Positions 19,582 through 28,372 of a stretch of 64,000 nucleotides of DNA are shown piece after piece. A program made the translations under genes and the position numbers. Source of the stretch: Lactobacillales bacterium (GTDB taxonomy: Bacteria > Bacillota_I > Bacilli_A > RF39 > UBA660); contig SVAG01000001.1 of NCBI GenBank assembly GCA_015059545.1, forward strand, positions 64,970 to 128,969, in the 5' to 3' direction. Numbering within the stretch: position 1 is the stretch's first letter; each line of letters starts with the position of its first letter. Below the pieces are notes generated by a model that saw only the letters and a program-made list of their open reading frames with translations, searched no databases and was not told where the DNA came from.

Positions 19582-20727
19582 ATGAATAGAGAACAATTAG
19601 TAGAATATGTCAATTTATACAATCAATTTCAAAAAAATCCAAATATGCAATTTACAGCTGAACAATTAAATCTTATTAATGAAGTACATAAGGAAGCACA
19701 AACAAATCAAGAATTAGCAACCTTTCTATCAAATACTTCAAACAGTACAGAACAAGAAAGAATGAATGCTTTAAACGAATATATAAATAAACAAGAAATA
19801 CAAAAACAAGGAGAAAAAGAAGAAGAAGTAATTGCGGCAACATATGGAATTGATATAAGTAATATACAACATAAGTATTTAGATAATGGTAAAGAAATAT
19901 TCTATTTTTATGATATGAAATTAGGAAGAAATGTAGTTTTAGAAAATAAAAAAGAAGGAATTTCATTGGTAGAACAATTAAAACAAATGCAAATAGAAAA
20001 TGAAAAATTCCAACTTGGTACAAATGAACAAAATACTAATCAAATGTTAAATGAACAACAAAATAAAGAAAATATTGAAATAAAAATGATTCCATTAAAT
20101 GAAATAGAAAATCATATGAATCAATTACAAAACATGAGTGTAGAGGATGCTCAAAAATTTAATTTCTTAGTAAGAAATGCAGAACAAATGGGAATAAGTT
20201 ATATAAATATAGAAAATTTAATTGGTATTAATCAATCTGGAGAATTATTAGAAGTAAAATATGATAAATTAAACAATAAATATGAGATATCATCTCCAAC
20301 AGGAGCAATTTATCATGAAAATGAAATAACAACATCAGATAGAATAGATAATAGTTATACTGAATCAGAACAATATAATAATTTACAAAGTAATTTCGAA
20401 GATAAACCAGAAATAGAAACAGTAGATGAATTTGATCAATTATCAGACGAAATGAAAGAACAAATACAAAAATATCATGAGTATCCAGAATTATTAGAAA
20501 TGCTCCCAGAAGAAGAAAAACAAATGTGGACTTACTATGTAGATATATATGAACAAAAATTGGAAAAAGAACAAGAAATGCAAAACCAACAAAATAAACC
20601 TAAACAATATGTTTATAAAAAACAAGATAAAAAAGCAGGATTTGCAGATATATTATTATTATCACTTATAACAGGTTTCTTAGGAGGAATTTTAACAACA
20701 CTAACAACAATTTTATTAACAAAATAA
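19582..20727 (+). CDS. Hypothetical Gln/Asn/Glu-rich coiled-coil protein with a C-terminal TM anchor
   Basis: 381 aa. SD AGGTGAG. Single hydrophobic helix at the extreme C-terminus (ILLLSLITGFLGGILTTLTTILL). No recognisable catalytic motif. Confidence 0.6.
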   Translation: MNREQLVEYVNLYNQFQKNPNMQFTAEQLNLINEVHKEAQTNQELATFLSNTSNSTEQERMNALNEYINKQEIQKQGEKEEEVIAATYGIDISNIQHKYLDNGKEIFYFYDMKLGRNVVLENKKEGISLVEQLKQMQIENEKFQLGTNEQNTNQMLNEQQNKENIEIKMIPLNEIENHMNQLQNMSVEDAQKFNFLVRNAEQMGISYINIENLIGINQSGELLEVKYDKLNNKYEISSPTGAIYHENEITTSDRIDNSYTESEQYNNLQSNFEDKPEIETVDEFDQLSDEMKEQIQKYHEYPELLEMLPEEEKQMWTYYVDIYEQKLEKEQEMQNQQNKPKQYVYKKQDKKAGFADILLLSLITGFLGGILTTLTTILLTK

Positions 20728-20744
20728 TGAATAAAAAAATAAAT

Positions 20745-20776
20745 AATCGCCACTATTAAATAGGAGGCGATTTTTA
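20745..20776 (+). terminator. Terminator hairpin whose 3' arm overlaps the spoIIR Shine-Dalgarno
   Basis: aatcgcc / ggcgatt stem with a 14-nt loop, then TTTTT. The AGGAGG SD of spoIIR lies in the loop and 3' arm. Confidence 0.5.
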
Positions 20777-20777
20777 A

Positions 20778-21314
20778 ATGAAAAAAATCTTACTTATAAT
20801 TTGTATAATAATATTAATGTCATTTTTGACAAATGTAAAACAAGTTAATTCTGAAGAAATTAATATTCCAAAAGAAGCAATAAGAATTAGAGTAATCGCA
20901 AATTCAAACGAAGAAATGGATCAAAAAATAAAAATGAAATTAAGTATAGAATTACAAAAAGAAATCACAAAATTATTAGAAGATACACCAAACGTAGAAG
21001 AAGCTAGAAAAATAATAAAATCCAATATTAATTTATTAAATCAAAAGACAAAAGAATTTTTAAACCAAGAAAATTATGATATAGAATTTACAATAACATA
21101 TGGAAATGCATTTTTTCCAGAAAAAAAATATAATGATGTAATATATGAACAAGGATATTATGAATCATTATTAGTAACATTAGGAAATGGAGAAGGAAAT
21201 AATTGGTGGTGTGTTTTATTCCCACCATTATGTTTAATGGAAGCAAATGAAAATGAAACAGGAAAAGTAGAATATAAATTTTTTATAAAAGAATTATTAG
21301 ACAAATATTTATAG
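20778..21314 (+). CDS. spoIIR: Stage II sporulation protein R
   Basis: 178 aa. Signal peptide, IRIRVIANSN (compare B. subtilis LRLHVIANSD) and the conserved GNGEGNNWWCVLFPPLC motif. Confidence 0.75.
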   Translation: MKKILLIICIIILMSFLTNVKQVNSEEINIPKEAIRIRVIANSNEEMDQKIKMKLSIELQKEITKLLEDTPNVEEARKIIKSNINLLNQKTKEFLNQENYDIEFTITYGNAFFPEKKYNDVIYEQGYYESLLVTLGNGEGNNWWCVLFPPLCLMEANENETGKVEYKFFIKELLDKYL

Positions 21315-21359
21315 TATAAAATTTAAAACCTCTAATAAAATAGATTAGGAGGTTTTTTT

Positions 21360-21890
21360 ATGGAAATATTAACAATTATCATAATAGCAATTAGTTTAAG
21401 TATGGATGCATTTTCATTATCACTTGCATATGGAACTTTAAATATAGTAAAAAAAGATATTTTATTGCTTTCAATAATAGTAGGAATTTATCATTTTTTT
21501 ATGCCACAGATTGGTAATATAATAGGAAAAATTATAATAAATATATTACCAATAAGAACCAATATAATAGTATTTATAGTTCTGTTTATAATAGGTCTTC
21601 AAATGATATTAGAAACATTTAAAGAAGAAAAGAATTTTAAAAATTTAAAAATAAAAGAAATGCTAATATTTGGATTAGCAGTGAGTTTAGATAGTTTATC
21701 AGTAGGAATAGGATTAAAATCAATATATCATAATGTCATAATATCATCTTCTATCTTTATGGTAATGAGTTTTATATTTACATATATAGGATTATCTTTA
21801 GGAAAAAAAATAAATGAAATAGTAGGTAAAATATCAACATTATTAGGTGGAGTCATATTAATGTTGATAGGTTTACTATATATTATATAG
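21360..21890 (+). CDS. MntP/YtaF-family (DUF204) membrane protein, putative Mn efflux or sporulation YtaF-like
   Basis: 176 aa, 6 TM helices. N-terminal IIIAISLSMDAFSLSLAYG is typical of DUF204. Confidence 0.6.
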   Translation: MEILTIIIIAISLSMDAFSLSLAYGTLNIVKKDILLLSIIVGIYHFFMPQIGNIIGKIIINILPIRTNIIVFIVLFIIGLQMILETFKEEKNFKNLKIKEMLIFGLAVSLDSLSVGIGLKSIYHNVIISSSIFMVMSFIFTYIGLSLGKKINEIVGKISTLLGGVILMLIGLLYII

Positions 21891-21936
21891 CTTTACAATT
21901 GTACAAAAAAAATATATAATTATACTAGGTGATACA

Positions 21937-22770
21937 ATGATAGTAAATAGTAAAGAATTATTAGAAACAGCTAAAAAAAATAAGATAGCAATACCTCAAT
22001 TTAATATAAATAATTTAGAATGGGCTAAATATATATTAGAAGAATGTAATTTAAATAATTCTCCAGTTATAATAGGTGTATCACAAAAAACAGTAGAATA
22101 TATGGGAGGATATAAAGTAGTATCTTCTTTAATAAAAGAACTTGATAGTGAAATGAAATTAAAAATTCCAGTAGTTATACATTTAGATCATGGTAAAAAT
22201 TTTGAAGAATGTAAAAATGCTATAGATAGTGGATTTACATCAGTAATGATAGATACATCTTCATTACCACTAGATGAAAATATAGAAGAAACAAAAAAAG
22301 TAGTAGAATATGCAGAAAAATATACTGTAACAGTAGAAGCAGAAATTGGTAGTATTGGGAATAATGTTAATTTATATACAAACTTAGAAGAAGCAATAAA
22401 ATTTGTAAAAGAAACAAATATTGATTCTTTAGCTCCTGCAATAGGAAGTGTTCATGGGATATATAAAGAAAAAATATTATTGGATATAGATTTATGTCAA
22501 AAAATAAGCAAAGAAACAAATTTGCCCCTGGTATTACATGGTGGATCTGGAATAGATGAGTTGAATTTAAAAGATGTAGTAAATGCTGGTATAAGTAAAA
22601 TTAATATTAATACTGAATTACAAATAGTATGGGCAAATGCAGTTAAAAAATATTTAATAGAAAATGGAACAGAATATGATCCAAGAAAGATAATAAGTTC
22701 TGGAGAAAAAGAAATAAAAAGGGTTATAAAAGAAAAAATAGATATTTTAATAAATAAAACAAAAATCTAA
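21937..22770 (+). CDS. fba: Class II fructose-1,6-bisphosphate aldolase
   Basis: 277 aa. IAIPQFNINNLEW start, HLDHG zinc-binding motif, GSVHG. Confidence 0.9.
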   Translation: MIVNSKELLETAKKNKIAIPQFNINNLEWAKYILEECNLNNSPVIIGVSQKTVEYMGGYKVVSSLIKELDSEMKLKIPVVIHLDHGKNFEECKNAIDSGFTSVMIDTSSLPLDENIEETKKVVEYAEKYTVTVEAEIGSIGNNVNLYTNLEEAIKFVKETNIDSLAPAIGSVHGIYKEKILLDIDLCQKISKETNLPLVLHGGSGIDELNLKDVVNAGISKININTELQIVWANAVKKYLIENGTEYDPRKIISSGEKEIKRVIKEKIDILINKTKI

Positions 22771-22802
22771 AAAATACATAATAATATAACAGGAGGACTA
22801 TT

Positions 22803-24056
22803 ATGAAACAAATAAAAATAGAAGGTGGACATTTACTAAGTGGAACAATAAATATAAGTGGTGCAAAAAATAGTGCAGTAGCTTTAGTACCAGCATCATT
22901 GTTATCAGACGAAGAAGTAAAAATAGATAATATACCAAATATTTCAGATATAGATGCTTTAAATGAAATATTAGAATATTTAGGAGCAGATGTAAAAAGA
23001 GAAGGTTCATTAATGACTATAAATTCTAGAAATATAGTTAACAAAGAAATACCTGAAGAAATCTCTAAAAAATTGAGAGCTTCTTATTATTTTATGTCTT
23101 CACTGCTTGGAAAATATAAACATGTAGAAATGTATTTTCCAGGAGGTTGTTCAATAGGAGCTAGACCAATTGATCAAACATTAAAAACATTTAGAGCATT
23201 AGGAGCAACAGTAATAGAAGAAGGAAATAAATATACAATTACAGCAGAAGAATTAGTAGGAACAACAATTCAATTAGATATGCCAAGTGTAGGAGCTACT
23301 ATAAATACACTATTAGTAGCAGTAAGAGCAAAAGGAGAAACAATTTTAAAAAATGCAGCAAAAGAACCAGAAATAGTAAGTGTAGCAACATTCTTAAATA
23401 ACATGGGTGCTAAAATAATAGGAGCAGGTACTAGTGAAATTAGAATTGAAGGTGTAGATTATTTAGGAAGTTGTTTTACAGAAGTAATACCAGATAGAAT
23501 AGAAGCAGGGACATATTTATTAGCCGGAGCTTTAATGGGAAATAATTTAACAATTAAAAATATGATTCCAGAACATATCTCATCTTTAACATATAAGTTA
23601 AAAGAAATGGGATTTAAAATGGATATTGGAAGAGATTATATAACAATATCAAAAACAGATAATTTAAAGCCAATAAAAGTTAAAACACTAGGATATCCAG
23701 GATTTCCAACGGATTTACAACAACCACTTACAACACTATTAACTCAAGCAAACGGAACTTCTATATTAGAAGAAACAATATATGAAAATAGATTTCAAAA
23801 TGTACCTTATTTAAATGATATGGGTGCTAATATAGAAATAAAAGATAAAACAATAATTATAAATGGAAAAACAGAATTAAAAGGAACAAAGGTACAAGCA
23901 ACAGATCTTAGAGCAGGAGCATGTATGGTACTTGCTGCTTTAACTGCAGAAGGAGAAACAACAATTACAGAAATAAAGCATGTTTTAAGAGGATATGAAA
24001 ATATAATTGAAAAACTTGAAAATGTTGGTGCTAAAATAAGTTTAGAAGAAATATAA
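22803..24056 (+). CDS. murA: UDP-N-acetylglucosamine 1-carboxyvinyltransferase
   Basis: 417 aa. MKQIKIEGGHLLSGTINISGAKNSAVALVPASLL, and the conserved Cys in the PGGCSIGARPID loop. Confidence 0.95.
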   Translation: MKQIKIEGGHLLSGTINISGAKNSAVALVPASLLSDEEVKIDNIPNISDIDALNEILEYLGADVKREGSLMTINSRNIVNKEIPEEISKKLRASYYFMSSLLGKYKHVEMYFPGGCSIGARPIDQTLKTFRALGATVIEEGNKYTITAEELVGTTIQLDMPSVGATINTLLVAVRAKGETILKNAAKEPEIVSVATFLNNMGAKIIGAGTSEIRIEGVDYLGSCFTEVIPDRIEAGTYLLAGALMGNNLTIKNMIPEHISSLTYKLKEMGFKMDIGRDYITISKTDNLKPIKVKTLGYPGFPTDLQQPLTTLLTQANGTSILEETIYENRFQNVPYLNDMGANIEIKDKTIIINGKTELKGTKVQATDLRAGACMVLAALTAEGETTITEIKHVLRGYENIIEKLENVGAKISLEEI

Positions 24057-24058
24057 TA

Positions 24059-24083
24059 AAGTAGATAATATCTACTTTTTTTA
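24059..24083 (+). terminator. Rho-independent terminator
   Basis: aagtagat / atctactt stem with a 3-nt loop, then T6. Confidence 0.6.
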
Positions 24084-24093
24084 GGGGGTAAAA

Positions 24094-24693
24094 ATGAAAA
24101 TCAAAACAATTTTATTTTTAATAATTATGACTTTATTAGTATTTTTAATTTATTTAACAAATAAAGATAATGAAATATATTATGTAAATATAGATTCTAC
24201 AAACAGTAATAATTATAATGAAATAATAAAAAATAATTATGAAAAAAATAAAAAATTAGAAAAATATTTAAATGTTTTTTCTAAAGAAGATTATAGAACA
24301 ACAGATTTAATAAGAGATATAAAAGATAACAAAAAGATAAATAAAGTAACAATACAAAATGCATTAATAAAAGCAGATGTTTTAACACTTAATATAGGAA
24401 TTAATGATATAAATTATAAAATTGGTAATACTAACAAAGAAGAACTATATAATTATACAGATCAAATATTAGATGACATAAATGAATTGTTAGAACTCAT
24501 CAGAAGTTATTCAAAAGAAAAGATTTATTTTATAGGATTAAAAAATACAAAAGGAATATCATATAATGATTACTTTGAATATACAAATAAAAGATTAAAA
24601 TCAATATGTGATGAATATAATATATTATTTATTGATATAGACACAAAAGAAGATATAAATAATATAGTAAGTGACTATGTATTAAGTAAGTAG
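24094..24693 (+). CDS. Membrane-anchored SGNH/GDSL-like protein (possibly degenerate)
   Basis: 199 aa. N-terminal TM segment. Block III-like LNIGINDI. No clear GDS block I or DxxH block V, so activity is uncertain. Confidence 0.5.
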   Translation: MKIKTILFLIIMTLLVFLIYLTNKDNEIYYVNIDSTNSNNYNEIIKNNYEKNKKLEKYLNVFSKEDYRTTDLIRDIKDNKKINKVTIQNALIKADVLTLNIGINDINYKIGNTNKEELYNYTDQILDDINELLELIRSYSKEKIYFIGLKNTKGISYNDYFEYTNKRLKSICDEYNILFIDIDTKEDINNIVSDYVLSK

Positions 24694-24744
24694 ATATTTA
24701 CTAAAATATAAAAAAATGATATAATTATAACCGAGGTGAAGATA

Positions 24745-25392
24745 ATGGATAGTACAAAAATAATGCCAAAAGTATTTTTATGGATGTTTATAGGATTAGC
24801 TGTAACATTCCTAACAGGATCATATATTGCAAATGATCCATCATTAATATTAGATTTATTTACAGGAGGAAGTGTATTCTTAATATTTATAGCAGAACTT
24901 GCAATTGTTATATTCTTAACAGCAAGAATACATAAAATGAAACCAATAACTGCAAAAATAATGTTCTTATTATATTCAGTAATAACTGGATTAACATTTG
25001 CATCAGTATTTGTTGTATATGATATAACATCTATAATGTATGTATTCTTAGCAACAGCCCTTATAATGTTAGTTTTTGGAGTTATAGGATATACTACAAA
25101 AATGGATTTAACAAAATTAAGTTCATTCTTATTTATGGCCATAATAGGAATACTTATAATGTCTGTAATTAATATATTTGTAGGAAGCGAAGAATTCTCG
25201 TTAGGAATCTGTATAATCTCTGTAATAGTATTCGTAATTTATATAGCATTTGACGTTCAAAAAGTAAAACAACTATATGAACAAAATGTTTTACCAGAAG
25301 AAAACTTAGCTATTTACGGAGCTTTACAATTATATCTAGATTTTATTAACATTTTCTTAGATTTACTTAGAATTTTTGGAAATCGTGATTAA
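24745..25392 (+). CDS. Bax-inhibitor-1 / YccA (BI-1) family membrane protein
   Basis: 7 TM helices, about 215 aa. Start set to ATG 24745 after SD GAGGTGAAG. The track's 24736 start is a GTG inside the SD. Confidence 0.75.
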   Translation: MDSTKIMPKVFLWMFIGLAVTFLTGSYIANDPSLILDLFTGGSVFLIFIAELAIVIFLTARIHKMKPITAKIMFLLYSVITGLTFASVFVVYDITSIMYVFLATALIMLVFGVIGYTTKMDLTKLSSFLFMAIIGILIMSVINIFVGSEEFSLGICIISVIVFVIYIAFDVQKVKQLYEQNVLPEENLAIYGALQLYLDFINIFLDLLRIFGNRD

Positions 25393-25398
25393 AAATAC

Positions 25399-25427
25399 TT
25401 GCAATAATAAAAAAACATTGCTATAAT
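25399..25427 (+). promoter_or_regulatory. Sigma-A-type promoter of rpmE (TTGCAA-17-TATAAT)
   Basis: Exact -35/-10 spacing read in sequence. A hairpin (atgact / agtcat) lies in the 5' UTR. Confidence 0.55.
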
Positions 25428-25482
25428 ATAGGAGCAATAAATTACTATGACTTAATTTAGTCATGGCGGAAGGAGATATAGT

Positions 25483-25704
25483 ATGAAAAAAGAAATTCAT
25501 CCAAATTATATGGAAACTAAAGTTACATGTACTTGTGGAAATACTTTTACAGTAAAATCTACTAAAGAAGAATTACATATTGAAACTTGTGACAAATGTC
25601 ATCCATTCTATACTGGTGTACAAGGTGCTACATCAAAAACTGGACGTGTTGAAATGTTCAACCGTAAATATGGATTTAACAAAGAAGAAAAAAAAGCTGC
25701 TTAA
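25483..25704 (+). CDS. rpmE: 50S ribosomal protein L31 (Zn-ribbon, C+ form)
   Basis: 73 aa. [26 protein letters not shown]…[10 protein letters not shown] with both CxxC pairs. Confidence 0.93.
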   Translation: MKKEIHPNYMETKVTCTCGNTFTVKSTKEELHIETCDKCHPFYTGVQGATSKTGRVEMFNRKYGFNKEEKKAA

Positions 25705-25752
25705 TAGTAGCTTTTTATTATGTAAAAATGATATAATTAAGTAGGTGATAAA

Positions 25753-26193
25753 ATGAAAATAGGAATTGCAAATGATCATAGAGGAGTAGAAACAAAATAT
25801 AAGATAGTAGAATTTTTAAAAAATCTAGGATACGAAGTTATAAATTATGGTTCGGATACAGAAGAAGCTGTTGATTATCCAGAATATGCATTTAAAATAG
25901 GGGAAGCAGTAAGCAAAAAAGAAATAGATAGAGGAATACTTGTATGTAGAACAGGAATAGGTATGAGTATTGCTTGTAATAAAGTAAAAGGTGTTAGATG
26001 TGCTAAAGTAGATAATGTAGAAGATGCAGCTTTAACAAGATTAGATAATGATAGTAATGTTATAGCTATTAGTTATGTAAAAGATATAACAGAAATAAAA
26101 GAAATAATAAAAACATTTATAGAAATGAAATTTAGTGAAGAAGTAAGACATCAAAGAAGAATTGACTTAATAGATAAATATGGTGAAATGTGA
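25753..26193 (+). CDS. rpiB: Ribose-5-phosphate isomerase B
   Basis: 146 aa. MKIGIANDHRGVETKYKIVEFL…, RpiB/LacAB family with the active-site Cys (CRTGIGMS). Confidence 0.88.
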   Translation: MKIGIANDHRGVETKYKIVEFLKNLGYEVINYGSDTEEAVDYPEYAFKIGEAVSKKEIDRGILVCRTGIGMSIACNKVKGVRCAKVDNVEDAALTRLDNDSNVIAISYVKDITEIKEIIKTFIEMKFSEEVRHQRRIDLIDKYGEM

Positions 26194-26387
26194 CAGTAAA
26201 AACAATATTATATTTAATATGTGTACCAATAGTTTTGTGGGCACTAGATGCTGTTAATATAAACGTTATATTTAAAAAGAATAGATATTATCAAGCTAGA
26301 TTGTTCTATTTAATATTAACACTTATAATATCATATCTATTAGTTAATTTTATAATTGATTTTACAAATTATACAAGATTAATATAA
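26190..26387 (+). CDS. Small hydrophobic protein (65 aa), possibly translationally coupled to rpiB
   Basis: GTG start overlapping the rpiB TGA (ATGTGA). Two hydrophobic segments. Could be spurious. Confidence 0.35.
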   Translation: MTVKTILYLICVPIVLWALDAVNINVIFKKNRYYQARLFYLILTLIISYLLVNFIIDFTNYTRLI

Positions 26388-26417
26388 ACTGACAAAAAAT
26401 TTGTCAGTTTTTTTTTA
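26388..26417 (+). terminator. Rho-independent terminator
   Basis: aactgacaa / ttgtcagtt stem, then T8. Confidence 0.7.
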
Positions 26418-26461
26418 TAATGAAAAAGAAAATACTAAATATAATGTATAAAGGAGAAATT

Positions 26462-27376
26462 ATGAAAAAAATAATAATAGCAATTTTATTAATAATATTA
26501 ATACCATATTTAGTAGTAACACTTTTCATAAAAGAAGAAGAAATAGAATTTAATTTTATAACAAATAAAATAGTAAGAGTAAAAAGAGAAAATAAAAATG
26601 AAATAGAAGAAATACCATTTGAAGAATATGTAAAAGGTGTACTTGCAGGAGAAATGCCAGCATCATTTCATATAGAAGCTTTAAAAGCACAAGCAGTAGC
26701 CGCAAGAACTTATGTTATGAAAAAAATAGAAGATAATAAAAATAAAGAATACGATGTAGTTGATTCAATAAAAAATCAAGTTTATTTAGATGATGAAACA
26801 CTTAAAAAAAATTGGGGTAAAAATTATACAACAAACATAAATAAAATAAAACAAGCTATAATAGAAACAAAAGGAGAATTTTTAACACATAATAATGAAA
26901 TAATAACTGCATTCTTCTTTTCAACAAGTAATGGAAAAACAGAAAACTGTGAAGAAGTATTTGTAGAAACATTACCATATTTAAAAAGTGTAGATTCATC
27001 ATGGGATAAAGAGGTATCACCAGTATTTAATGATACAAAAACATTTACACTAAAAAATTTTTATAATAAATTAGGACTAAAATATAATAAAAATTTAAAT
27101 ATAAAAGTATTAAGTTATACAGAAGGAAATAGTATTAAAACTATTAAAATAAATAATATAATATTTAAAGGTACCGACGTTAGGTATAAATTAGGATTGA
27201 AATCAGCAGATTTTACAATAGAAAAAGTAAATGAAAATGTAAATATTAAAACAAAAGGAAATGGTCATGGAGTAGGAATGAGTCAGTATGGTGCACTTGC
27301 TATGGCAAATAAAGGATACACATATGATAAAATTTTAAAATATTATTATAAAAATGTAGAAATCGAAAAAAATTAG
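26462..27376 (+). CDS. spoIID: Stage II sporulation protein D (lytic transglycosylase)
   Basis: SpoIID motifs ALKAQAVAARTYV and GNGHGVGMSQYGA. Start set at ATG 26462 after SD AAAGGAGAAAT. The track's 26420 start lies in the upstream terminator T-run. Confidence 0.9.
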   Translation: MKKIIIAILLIILIPYLVVTLFIKEEEIEFNFITNKIVRVKRENKNEIEEIPFEEYVKGVLAGEMPASFHIEALKAQAVAARTYVMKKIEDNKNKEYDVVDSIKNQVYLDDETLKKNWGKNYTTNINKIKQAIIETKGEFLTHNNEIITAFFFSTSNGKTENCEEVFVETLPYLKSVDSSWDKEVSPVFNDTKTFTLKNFYNKLGLKYNKNLNIKVLSYTEGNSIKTIKINNIIFKGTDVRYKLGLKSADFTIEKVNENVNIKTKGNGHGVGMSQYGALAMANKGYTYDKILKYYYKNVEIEKN

Positions 27377-27422
27377 TATAAAAAAAGTATTCTTGTCCAC
27401 AATTAAAATAGAGGTGGAAAGA

Positions 27423-28058
27423 ATGACAAATAGAAGATTAAAGAAGTCAGTTATTTATGGAATTTATAGTTTAGTATTTATAGGAATGATAGGTTTAATA
27501 TATGTATTAGAATCAAATATACCTAAAAAACAATTTGACAACAATGAATATAGTTATGTATCAAAAACTATATTTGATGATGTAATACCGGTTATTTCAA
27601 CAGAAGAAAAAATAACAAAACCATACAATGCAGATGATGTAAAAGTATTAAAAACATATTATGATTATAAAGGAGAAGAAACATCTCAACAAAATTCATT
27701 AATATATTATGAAAATACATATATGCAAAGTAGTGGAATATCATATGGAAAAGAAGATATATTTGATGTAATATCAATATTACCAGGAACAGTAGAAGAA
27801 GTAAAAGAAGATGAGATATTAGGAAAAGTAGTTAAAATAAAACATAATGATAATGTAATAAGCTTATATCAATGTTTAAGTGAAACAACAATAAATAAAG
27901 GAGATACTGTAATACAAGGTCAAGTAATAGGGCAAAGTGGATCATGTAACCTAGAAAAAGATATAAAAAATCATGTTTACTTTGAATTAATAATAAATAA
28001 TGAAACTGTAAATCCAGAAAACTATTATGGAAAAACATTAAACGAAATACAAGGGTAA
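27423..28058 (+). CDS. spoIIQ: SpoIIQ-like M23/LytM-domain membrane protein
   Basis: N-terminal TM helix. The C-terminal M23 fold has a degenerate HxH (NHVYFE). Position between spoIID and spoIIID matches clostridial spoIIQ. Start taken after SD GAGGTGG. Confidence 0.6.
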   Translation: MTNRRLKKSVIYGIYSLVFIGMIGLIYVLESNIPKKQFDNNEYSYVSKTIFDDVIPVISTEEKITKPYNADDVKVLKTYYDYKGEETSQQNSLIYYENTYMQSSGISYGKEDIFDVISILPGTVEEVKEDEILGKVVKIKHNDNVISLYQCLSETTINKGDTVIQGQVIGQSGSCNLEKDIKNHVYFELIINNETVNPENYYGKTLNEIQG

Positions 28059-28071
28059 AACCCTTTTTTTT
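28051..28071 (+). terminator. Rho-independent terminator
   Basis: aagggt / accctt stem, then T8. Confidence 0.6.
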
Positions 28072-28116
28072 CATAAAAAAAATATTCATTTATATAATTT
28101 ATTAAGGGGTGTAAAA

Positions 28117-28371
28117 ATGAATAATATAAATGAAAGAGTTTTAAATGAAACGCAAGTTATCTTAAAAAATGGTTATACTATAAGAGAAATTGCTAAAATA
28201 TTTAATGTTTCAAAAAGTACAGTACATAAAGATTTAAATGATAGACTTTTAAAAATAGATAAAGAAAAACATAAAAAAGTAAGTAAAATATTAAAATATC
28301 ATATGGATATAAGACATATAAGAGGAGGAGAATCCACTAAAAATAAATATCTAAATAGTAAAGAGGGATAA
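28117..28371 (+). CDS. spoIIID: Stage III sporulation protein D (HTH regulator)
   Basis: 84 aa. TIREIAKIFNVSKSTVHKDL HTH. Conserved position upstream of mreB/mbl. Confidence 0.85.
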   Translation: MNNINERVLNETQVILKNGYTIREIAKIFNVSKSTVHKDLNDRLLKIDKEKHKKVSKILKYHMDIRHIRGGESTKNKYLNSKEG

Positions 28372-28372
28372 A

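Noticed and set aside
26420-26461. Upstream in-frame start for spoIID (track start 26420)
   Set aside because: That ATG lies in the T-run of the preceding terminator with no SD. ATG 26462 has a strong AAAGGAGAAAT SD.
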